This document shows positions 1 through 7,364 of a stretch of DNA of 51,858 bases, piece after piece. Origin of the DNA: Cyanobacteria bacterium P01_E01_bin.6 (GTDB lineage Bacteria > Cyanobacteriota > Cyanobacteriia > CAKZMO01); contig JBCCWF010000002.1 in NCBI GenBank assembly GCA_039194035.1, positions 1-51,858 of the forward strand, read 5' to 3'. Position 1 is the stretch's first letter. The number at the start of each line of letters is the position of its first letter. The notes under the pieces are model-generated. The model was not told the DNA's origin. It did not search any database and saw only the letters and a list, made by a program, of their open reading frames with translations. A program made the translations under genes and the position numbers.

Positions 1-75
1 CCCAGATACCCCAGTCGTGTCCATATTTTGCAAGAGTTATAAGCAATACTAGATAACGTTAATAATCAGGATTTT

Positions 76-1494
76 GTGCTAGTCTATTTTGCGTGTCACC
101 GCGTTAGAAACCCGGAGGGAAAGCCAATGCTGATCGCTGCTGACACTCGAAAGAAACGGTTGGAAGAATCGGGCATTTCTATTCTTGATGATTTAGAGCC
201 ATTAATTCGGAACAGTCGAGCCCAACAGAAGGTGCTAATGTTGGATGCGTGTTTTATGGGACAGGGCCGAGGCCAGCAAGATCCCACAGAGTTCCTGAAG
301 AAGGTCAATGAACTTGCTAGTGGGTTTGAGGTTATTAGTGCTAGCAGCGAAGACCAAGAAGCCTTGGAGTCGTCAGGTCTAAACCATAGTATTTTTTGCC
401 ACTTTGTTCTCAAAGGATTGGCAGGTGAAGCTGAGATGGGCCAGAAGGTTGTGATGCTAAGTGCTCTTAAGCGTTATGTAATGGCAGAAATTGCCGAATA
501 TACTGTACGTCTGAGTATCGAACAATCTCCGCAAGGACGTTCTGACGGGAATCTTGGGGATTTCATGCTAGTAGATTACACCGCTCATTCTCTACCTAGT
601 CTTGAAAGTCTAAGCATTCCTGATATACAGCAGGTTTCTCCTCAAGATTTTCAAGCACGCAGTGAGACAAACGAACCCAAGTCGATTGGTACTAGGTTAA
701 TTGAATCGTTATGGACTCTAGACTATACCAATCAGGTTCAACTTTTTGAGTCACGTATTCCTAGAATGCGAAGGGGTGCAGTCGTTGCAGTACGAGCAGA
801 GAATGAATTGTTGCAATCATGGTTAACAAAGCGTTTATTGAAGAAACTCCCCATTCCAGTAAACAATTTTGTTGATGCCTGTGCTGTCATATCAGCGAGT
901 GATGTTTTGGATAATTTTGAGACATTCTGGGACGGGTTAGGTAAACACTTCAAGGTCAATACATCACTTAGATCGGTTGATAGAGATGCTTCTCAAATGA
1001 TCATCGAGACAATTATTAAAAAATATCAATCGGAAAACATCATTATTGTGATCAAAAATTGGCCTCGACGGTCCGGTCTACGCAAGAGAGTGCCAGAGTT
1101 ACTCTGTAGAATTCTGAATGATTTTTGGTATCCGTTGCAGACTGAAATGCGAGCTCAAAAAGTCGCGCCACTTCGCCAGCGGTTGGTTTTGTGTTTGATG
1201 GATGCTGGAAGAAAAACAAACAACTTACAGTCTCTGAAAAATGAAAACCCTAATTTAGTAGACCTTATTGATCTATCTCCTCTTAATATTACGAGTGATG
1301 AACTTACACAATGGGTCATAAGCAATCAATGGTTGCCAGACATCCGAAAAGACGACGATTATGTTGATGAGTTTTTAAAAGACCTCAGCGAGCCTGGGAT
1401 GCTAGAGAATGCTGAGGAGGTGATTAATGACATTTGTGATTTGTTCAAAGTAAATCTGGTGGATATTGAGGCAGAGTGGAGGTGGGCAGGATGA
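76..1494 (+). CDS. Caspase-like (peptidase C14/metacaspase-type) protein with ~300 aa C-terminal region of unknown function; N-terminal part of protease fold cut off by an in-frame TAA at 40-42
   Basis: The His strand LVYFACHR and Cys strand VLMLDACFMGQG match the caspase His-Cys dyad context (YFxGHG ... LDxCxSG). The stop overlaps the next start (ATGA at 1491-1494). Confidence 0.6.
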   Translation: MLVYFACHRVRNPEGKPMLIAADTRKKRLEESGISILDDLEPLIRNSRAQQKVLMLDACFMGQGRGQQDPTEFLKKVNELASGFEVISASSEDQEALESSGLNHSIFCHFVLKGLAGEAEMGQKVVMLSALKRYVMAEIAEYTVRLSIEQSPQGRSDGNLGDFMLVDYTAHSLPSLESLSIPDIQQVSPQDFQARSETNEPKSIGTRLIESLWTLDYTNQVQLFESRIPRMRRGAVVAVRAENELLQSWLTKRLLKKLPIPVNNFVDACAVISASDVLDNFETFWDGLGKHFKVNTSLRSVDRDASQMIIETIIKKYQSENIIIVIKNWPRRSGLRKRVPELLCRILNDFWYPLQTEMRAQKVAPLRQRLVLCLMDAGRKTNNLQSLKNENPNLVDLIDLSPLNITSDELTQWVISNQWLPDIRKDDDYVDEFLKDLSEPGMLENAEEVINDICDLFKVNLVDIEAEWRWAG

Positions 1495-2585
1495 CACAAG
1501 AAATTGATTACACCTACACCGGGGACTATCGGCCTCCCTTTGAAGATGGTAAAGAACCGCTGCGTGACCATAAAGGACGGGAGTATTTTCCATATCTGCC
1601 AGAGCCTGGGCTTAAAAAAGCGCTGAACTTGGCCATTGCCCTACAGCGTCCACTCCTCTTGGAAGGAGAGCCAGGATGTGGGAAAACCCGCCTTGCCGCT
1701 TCACTCGTGTATGAACTCACCTGCAAGCAGTTGGAAGGAAACCCTCCTGATTCCAAAACAAACGCAGAAGACTGGTGGAATTTTTATATTTGGAACGTTA
1801 CATCTACCAGTCGTGCTCAAGATGGGCTGTATACCTTTGATGCCGTTGGACGACTACGGGACGCACAGCTCATGGGGACCGATCCCGTTCGCCTGCAGCA
1901 ATATATGGGTAAGCTTGAAGCCGCAGCCTTGAAAAAACGGATGCAGGACAAGACCAAGTATCTAGATTTTGGTCCCTTGGGGCTTGCCCTAAAGGATCAA
2001 ACCCATCGTCCGGTGGTGCTTATTGATGAAATTGATAAAGCAGACAGTGACTTCCCGAATGATCTGCTGCTGCAATTAGACGAATTGCGATTTGATATTC
2101 CTGAACTAGGGGAAGGTGAAACGGTTCAGCCTCCAGAAGCCCGCAATAAACCGATTATTTTAATTACGAGTAATCGAGAAAAACCCCTATCTGAGGCGTT
2201 TTTGCGACGATGTCTTTACTACTATGTGCCGTTTCCAGGTGACGAGACGTTGCGGGAGATTATTAAGGCCCGATTTGGCGAAAAGTATATAGACAAAAAA
2301 GCAGTTGTCGATCGGGCTCTAGATAAATTCAATGACGTGTATCAGTTACTGAAGAATCAACCCGGTAGTCGTCCGCCTGGGACGAGTGAGGTTCTGGAGT
2401 TTGTGACAGCATTACTACAACACCAGCAGACAGACGACGACACGTTAACTGAGCTGGATAACTTATCCGGTGAATTACATTTACTAGGAACGCTGATTAA
2501 AACAAGCGCGGATCAAGAACGCTATATCGCGACATATCCACCTAAAGAGAAGGCCGACAATGAGGTGAGTGCATCAGATGGCTGA
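1491..2585 (+). CDS. MoxR-like AAA+ ATPase
   Basis: Walker A is LLLEGEPGCGKTRLA and Walker B is VVLIDEIDKAD, followed by ILITSNREKPLSEAFLRRC (sensor/Arg region). ATG 1491 is preceded by GGAGG at 1479-1483. The ORF-track start at 1476 is a GTG further upstream. Confidence 0.8.
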   Translation: MTQEIDYTYTGDYRPPFEDGKEPLRDHKGREYFPYLPEPGLKKALNLAIALQRPLLLEGEPGCGKTRLAASLVYELTCKQLEGNPPDSKTNAEDWWNFYIWNVTSTSRAQDGLYTFDAVGRLRDAQLMGTDPVRLQQYMGKLEAAALKKRMQDKTKYLDFGPLGLALKDQTHRPVVLIDEIDKADSDFPNDLLLQLDELRFDIPELGEGETVQPPEARNKPIILITSNREKPLSEAFLRRCLYYYVPFPGDETLREIIKARFGEKYIDKKAVVDRALDKFNDVYQLLKNQPGSRPPGTSEVLEFVTALLQHQQTDDDTLTELDNLSGELHLLGTLIKTSADQERYIATYPPKEKADNEVSASDG

Positions 2586-3696
2586 GCTATCATTTCCTTT
2601 TTTGGACTTATTTCAACAGCTTCAGGGGGCGGGGATGAAGCTATCACCGGAGCAGTATGATTTGTTGCGGCAGGCTATCGGCAAAGGGTTTGGGCAGGAA
2701 GACTGGAAGTGGGATGAGTTGCGGCAGGTCTGTCGAGTGTTGTGGGTAAAGCCTAGTCGGAACTATGACGGACAAACCTTTGAGCAAGTGTTTGATCAGT
2801 ATGTGCGGCAAAAGCAGGAGGAGATTCGAGCACAACTGACCGTCACTCAGCCGGAAGCGAAAACGGCACCTCCTAAACCAGCTCAGCCAATGCGACAGTG
2901 GCCTAGGGTGCCACCGCGCAAAAAGTCGGTGAGTCAGCCAGAGGCAACGACGGCAGAGGAAAAGGTACCCACCGCATTCAAAACGGGGGTGGAGGGCTTG
3001 CCTCAGATGGATGATCCTCGATTTAAGGTGACGCCCAGACAGATGCCGCTGCCCCAGCGCACTATTTTGGATAGCTGGCAGCTTTTGCGTCGTCCGCTGC
3101 GGGAAGGCATTCGCACTGAATTGGATTTGCCAGCAACGATCCGCTGCATTTCCCAGGTAGGCTATTTTAGCGACGTGGTGATGCGTCCGGTGAAGAATAA
3201 ACGGGCGGAGCTGATTGTGTTAGTGGATGATGGCAATGTGATGTTGCCGTATCAGCCTGCGTTGCAGCCGCTGGTTCGTGCCATTGAAACTCAGCAAATT
3301 ACTCCTGCTAAGTTGTATCGGTTTACTACTTACCCGGATGAGTATCTCTATGATTGGGTTCAGCCCTCCCATGCGATTCCGCTGGACCAGGTGCTGGCGC
3401 AGATGCATGCACGGCGGACGATTGTGCTGGTGTGGGGCGATGCAGGAGTCACTCAAACCAATCCGGCGGATGCCCATCGTAAGGGCTTGCTCGATTTTTT
3501 GAATCGGTTGTGTCCCTGCGTGCGGTCTTTGATTTGGTTAAACCCATTGCCTCCCTATCGCTGGACTGGAACGTTGGCGGAGGAGGTGGCCTATTGGTTG
3601 GATGGGCGTATGACCCATTTGAATGTGTTCCAGGTGTTGACATTGGCGAAAAAGCCAGCAGGAAATGATCGCATATTTTTGAGATCGCCTGGGTAG
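2578..3696 (+). CDS. vWA-like partner protein of the MoxR ATPase (tentative)
   Basis: The gene overlaps the MoxR gene by 8 nt (ATG 2578, MoxR stop 2583-2585). Strand-like motifs ELIVLVDDGNVM and RTIVLVWGDAG are consistent with a vWA/CoxE-type fold. A canonical DxSxS MIDAS motif is not evident. The MoxR-vWA pairing is a well-known gene neighbourhood. Confidence 0.45.
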   Translation: MAELSFPFLDLFQQLQGAGMKLSPEQYDLLRQAIGKGFGQEDWKWDELRQVCRVLWVKPSRNYDGQTFEQVFDQYVRQKQEEIRAQLTVTQPEAKTAPPKPAQPMRQWPRVPPRKKSVSQPEATTAEEKVPTAFKTGVEGLPQMDDPRFKVTPRQMPLPQRTILDSWQLLRRPLREGIRTELDLPATIRCISQVGYFSDVVMRPVKNKRAELIVLVDDGNVMLPYQPALQPLVRAIETQQITPAKLYRFTTYPDEYLYDWVQPSHAIPLDQVLAQMHARRTIVLVWGDAGVTQTNPADAHRKGLLDFLNRLCPCVRSLIWLNPLPPYRWTGTLAEEVAYWLDGRMTHLNVFQVLTLAKKPAGNDRIFLRSPG

Positions 3697-3707
3697 GGAG
3701 GTAGCAG

Positions 3708-5282
3708 ATGGGACCCTCGGCACGAGAGAGACGACAAGAAAGACGGCTGCGGCGAGACCCAACCGAACGGCGGATACGAGTGTTTGAGCAGCGCTATGGC
3801 CGGATGGCAACGAATTTGGCAGCCCATGCGGCGTTTCCGCTGACGCTGACGACGGATGTGATCTATTGTTTGCGGGAATCGTTTTTACCGGATTGTCCCT
3901 GGTATGCAGCGGCGGATGTGTTGCTGTCAGGATTGTGTACTCCGGTGGGCTATGACTTGTATGAGATGGAAGCGGCAACTCGTCGCTACCTGTTGCGGTA
4001 CTTGCGGGATCAGTTTGGAGATGGGCAAGTTGAGGCGGTGGCTGACTTTATGGCGGCCTATTTACGCCATCGAGTGTTGGGGCTAAAGGATAATCGAGCC
4101 TTGATGTTGGGGGAAAAGCCCCAGTGGACGGCGTTGGCTTGTTTGCAGCCGGGGAAAGCCCGTGACGAAATCTATCAGGCGCTACAACACTTAGCCCGTC
4201 AGCAGACGTTAGACCAACAAGACCGATTTCGATTGGCTTCATTGGTGGAAAGCTATGGTGATTTTCTCGCGGACCAGGGATATCAGCATTTCATGGTGGA
4301 ATGGGCCGATAAGTTCGCCGAGGAAGAGCCGATTGATGCTCAGGCCGAGATGGTGGAGCAGCTTCAAAATGCTGGTTTCTCGGTGCGGTGGGTGGAGTTT
4401 GAGGTGGCGACGGTAGCCTTTGGGGTGGAGCAAGCCCCGATGGAAGAGAGTGAGCTATACACCGTTAATATTGAGACGGTCACGGTGAATGAGCAGGGAG
4501 AGGAAATTGCCAGAGAACCGCATACTGTCTCCTATTTTGAGGAACTGTTGGGAGACCCTATCACCCCACTGCGGCTGGTAGCAATTCCCAGTGGGGAATT
4601 TATGATGGGGTCTGGAGAAGAGGACTCTGACAAATACGGGGATGAAACACCTCAGCATTTGGTAAAAGTCAAGCCGTTTTTTATTAGCCAGTATCCTGTG
4701 ACTCAGGCCCAGTGGAAAGCTGTGGCAGCCATGCCGACGCCCACAGAAGATTTGGAGGAAGACCTCAAACCCGAGCCATCCAGATTTTCGGGTGATGAGC
4801 GCCCGGTAGAGCAGGTGTCGTGGCATGAGGCGGTGGAGTTTTGTGCTCGGTTGTCGAAGCATACAGGACGCATCTATCGGTTGCCAACGGAGGCAGAGTG
4901 GGAATATGCCTGTCGAGCAGATACGACCACGCCCTATTATTTTGGGCCGAAGATAACAGAAGCTTGGGTTAACTACAACGTTGGTGAAACTACTTCTGTA
5001 GGAAAATTTCCTCCTAATGCCTTTGGCCTGTATGACATGCACGGAAATGTGTGTGAATGGTGTGCCGATCACTGGCATGGCAATTATGAGGAGGACGGAG
5101 GACCACCAACAGACGGAAGTGCTTGGCTGACAGAGGATTCAGACGCTAGGCGAGTGAACCGCGGCGGCTCCTGGTACCCCTATCCAAGGCTTTGCCGTTC
5201 CGCGTGTCGCGACGATGACCTCCCCGGCGACCACTACGACGATATTGGTTTTCGAGTTGTATGCGAGGCCCGAGGACTCTGA
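3708..5282 (+). CDS. DGR target protein 1: N-terminal domain of unknown function plus C-terminal FGE-sulfatase (SUMF1-like, C-type-lectin fold) domain carrying VR1
   Basis: FGE-sulfatase motifs are present: LVAIPSGEFMMGS, YPVTQAQW, VSWHEAVEFCARLS, YRLPTEAEWEYACRA, GLYDMHGNVCEWCADHW, RGGSW, IGFRVV. GGGAGG lies upstream of ATG 3708. The last 41 codons equal VR1. Confidence 0.85.
   Translation: MGPSARERRQERRLRRDPTERRIRVFEQRYGRMATNLAAHAAFPLTLTTDVIYCLRESFLPDCPWYAAADVLLSGLCTPVGYDLYEMEAATRRYLLRYLRDQFGDGQVEAVADFMAAYLRHRVLGLKDNRALMLGEKPQWTALACLQPGKARDEIYQALQHLARQQTLDQQDRFRLASLVESYGDFLADQGYQHFMVEWADKFAEEEPIDAQAEMVEQLQNAGFSVRWVEFEVATVAFGVEQAPMEESELYTVNIETVTVNEQGEEIAREPHTVSYFEELLGDPITPLRLVAIPSGEFMMGSGEEDSDKYGDETPQHLVKVKPFFISQYPVTQAQWKAVAAMPTPTEDLEEDLKPEPSRFSGDERPVEQVSWHEAVEFCARLSKHTGRIYRLPTEAEWEYACRADTTTPYYFGPKITEAWVNYNVGETTSVGKFPPNAFGLYDMHGNVCEWCADHWHGNYEEDGGPPTDGSAWLTEDSDARRVNRGGSWYPYPRLCRSACRDDDLPGDHYDDIGFRVVCEARGL
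5157..5280 (+). repeat. DGR variable repeat VR1 (124 nt)
   Basis: Hand alignment to TR 6894-7017 gives 15 differences, all at TR adenines, plus one non-A difference at the 3' end (G 5275 vs C 7012). Confidence 0.9.
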
Positions 5283-5319
5283 GTATCTCTCTTTTCTTTT
5301 TCCCTCTTTCCCTCTTCTT

Positions 5320-5334
5320 TCGCGCTTCGCGCGA
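5320..5334 (+). promoter_or_regulatory. GC hairpin downstream of VR1 (TCGCGC-TTC-GCGCGA), candidate DGR retrohoming hairpin/cruciform
   Basis: It has a 6-bp perfect stem and a 3-nt loop. An equivalent hairpin sits at the same offset after VR2 (9133-9147). Confidence 0.55.
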
Positions 5335-5427
5335 TCAAAATTTTTTCAGAGTTTCCTTATCACACTCCACTTGATTATTGATGCTGAATCTTTGGTAGAG
5401 TTGGAACCCACAAAATTTCAGAGTGCT

Positions 5428-5772
5428 ATGAACGAAGAACTACCGATTATCCAGAAAACCTATGACCTGATTAAATGGGCCGTTCCGATTATTGATCGAC
5501 TGCCCCGCAGCCATCGCTTTACCTTGGGCGATCGCATTGTGAATGAACTCTACAACTTGCTCGATCAACTGATCACAGTCCGATATGCCCGATCTGGGAA
5601 ACTGACAGCCCTACAGGCATTGAATACTCGGCTCCAGGTGTTGCGCTACCAGTGTCGGCTATTGCTGGATCTTGAGCTGATTTCGGTAAAACGCTACGAG
5701 TTTATGCATCGACAAATCAATGGAATTGGCATGGAGCTGGGAGGCTGGATTAAGCAGCAAACCCCCTCATGA
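5428..5772 (+). CDS. avd: DGR accessory variability determinant (Avd; four-helix-bundle / 23S rRNA IVS-like protein)
   Basis: The 114-aa product [37 protein letters not shown]... resembles the four-helix-bundle family. Its stop overlaps the RT start (ATGA at 5769-5772). The ORF-track start at 5215 reads through VR1 and is rejected. Confidence 0.8.
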   Translation: MNEELPIIQKTYDLIKWAVPIIDRLPRSHRFTLGDRIVNELYNLLDQLITVRYARSGKLTALQALNTRLQVLRYQCRLLLDLELISVKRYEFMHRQINGIGMELGGWIKQQTPS

Positions 5773-6854
5773 AACGCTACGGATATCTCTGGTCTCAGGT
5801 CACTGATTTTCAAAATTTGTGGCAAGCGGCCAGGCAAGCTCAGCGCAGTAAACGCTATCGGCCCGGCGTCTTAGCCTTTAACCATGAGCTAGAGCAAAAC
5901 TTGCTGCAATTGCAAGAGGAGTTGCACGCTAAAACCTATCAGCCGGGCGACTATCACACCTTTGAAATCACCGACCCTAAACCTCGGCTGATTTCGGCAG
6001 CTCCTTACCGAGACCGAGTGGTGCATCATGCCTTGTGCAATGTGATTATGCCCCTGATAGAGCGATCCTTTATTGACGACTCCTATGCCAATCAAGTCGG
6101 GAAGGGAACCCATCGGGCACTGAAACGGGCAATCCACTTCATTCGTTCGAGTGATTATGTCTTGCAATGTGATCTCCAAAAATATTTTCCAAGTATTGAT
6201 CACACGATTCTCAAACGACAGCTCCGACACTGGCTGAAGTGTCCGGATACCTTATGGCTGATCGACACCATTATCAACAACAGCAATGACCAGCCCCGAG
6301 AACTGACTTATTTTCCTGGCGACACCTTGCTGACTCCTCTAGAACGCCGCGCTGGATTACCCATTGGTAATTTGACCAGTCAGTTTTTTGCCAATGTCTA
6401 TCTGAATGGGCTCGATCATTTTGTTAAAGAAACGCTGCACATTGGCAGATACCTGAGGTATGTAGATGATTTTTTGCTATTCAGCAACGACCCCTACCAG
6501 CTCAGCGATGCTCGGCAGGCCATTGAAGACCATGTGACGGGGTTACGATTGCGACTGCATCCCGCCAAAACTCAACTGTTTGAAACCCAACATGGCGTTA
6601 ATTTCGTGGGATTCCGGATGATTCCAGAGGATCGGATGTGCCCCCGCGAGGTTGTCGTGAGGGTACGAAACGACAATTTACAGCGTGCCCGGAGACGATG
6701 TAAACAGTTACAACGTGAGTATGCAAACGGCACCATTGGGTTGAAGCCTCTGGTACAGCGACTACAGAGTTGGGAAGCTCACCTCAAGCATGGCGATACC
6801 CATCGGTTACGGCGGCGGATTTTTGATGAGTTGGTGTTTCGGCACGATGAGTGA
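5769..6854 (+). CDS. DGR reverse transcriptase
   Basis: RT motifs are present: [24 protein letters not shown], the DGR-typical [17 protein letters not shown], and YVDD in [10 protein letters not shown]. It is flanked by avd and TR. Confidence 0.9.
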   Translation: MKRYGYLWSQVTDFQNLWQAARQAQRSKRYRPGVLAFNHELEQNLLQLQEELHAKTYQPGDYHTFEITDPKPRLISAAPYRDRVVHHALCNVIMPLIERSFIDDSYANQVGKGTHRALKRAIHFIRSSDYVLQCDLQKYFPSIDHTILKRQLRHWLKCPDTLWLIDTIINNSNDQPRELTYFPGDTLLTPLERRAGLPIGNLTSQFFANVYLNGLDHFVKETLHIGRYLRYVDDFLLFSNDPYQLSDARQAIEDHVTGLRLRLHPAKTQLFETQHGVNFVGFRMIPEDRMCPREVVVRVRNDNLQRARRRCKQLQREYANGTIGLKPLVQRLQSWEAHLKHGDTHRLRRRIFDELVFRHDE

Positions 6855-6893
6855 GCCAGATTGCGTGTACCCTAAGGGGTGGGTCAGGCAGCC

Positions 6894-7017
6894 AAACGCG
6901 GCGGCTCCTGGAACAACAATCCAAGGAATTGCCGTTCCGCGTGTCGCAACAATAACAACCCCGGCGACCACAACAACAATATTGGTTTTCGAGTTGTATG
7001 CGAGGCCCGAGCACTCT
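6894..7017 (+). repeat. DGR template repeat (TR), non-coding template RNA region
   Basis: The 124-nt segment starts 40 nt after the RT stop. It contains 11 AAY codons in the VR reading frame (KRGGSWNNNPRNCRSACRNNNNPGDHNNNIGFRVVCEARAL). It is homologous to VR1 and VR2, with differences only at A positions. Confidence 0.9.
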
Positions 7018-7364
7018 TCAGTGAGTGGTGCTGTCAATACGACCGGATCACAGTGCCAGAGTTGATAGGTGGGAATCTATCAAGCGTGCCCCGTGAAGAG
7101 TCCAGACCTGGTCCAGTGATGCACCCGCATCCAAAAAGCAACCAGAGCCAGAGGGCTTAGTAGGTTTTTCTCGAACCGTCGTCTGGCTCATCCTAAAAGC
7201 AGGTATATGACGTATTAATTTAGCAATATTTATTATAGAAACGCTGATCTACTTGAAAAATGAAGCGGCAGAACCGTAGCCTGATAGGTTCACTCGAACA
7301 CTAACGGGTAACACACAACTTTCTTCTTCTGGTTCTACTTTCGGTTCTATTTGGGAAACGGCTA

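Noticed and set aside
4455-5078. A 207-aa antisense ORF lies inside the FGE-sulfatase domain of target 1.
   Set aside because: It lies entirely within a gene that has strong domain evidence on the other strand, and its sequence is unremarkable.
5215-5427. An N-terminal extension of the avd ORF starts at 5215 and reads through VR1 and the pyrimidine tract.
   Set aside because: Similarity to Avd/four-helix-bundle proteins begins at the Met at 5428. The extension overlaps target gene 1 in another frame and is low-complexity.
5769-6854. The RT could be a retron or group II intron reverse transcriptase.
   Set aside because: The Avd partner, the TR/VR pairs with A-specific differences, and the DGR-type motif-4 sequence (IGNLTSQ) fit a DGR. 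I saw no maturase/En domains and no intron or msr-msd-like structures.
6784-7160. Four ORF-track entries (6790-7065 +, 6879-7160 +, 6784-7014 -, 6807-7037 -) overlap the template repeat. One gives the Asn-rich peptide ...NNNPRNCRSACRNNNNPGDHNNN...
   Set aside because: They are open only because TR copies the 3' end of the target genes with AAY codons. They have no start context or independent homology, and TR functions as RNA.
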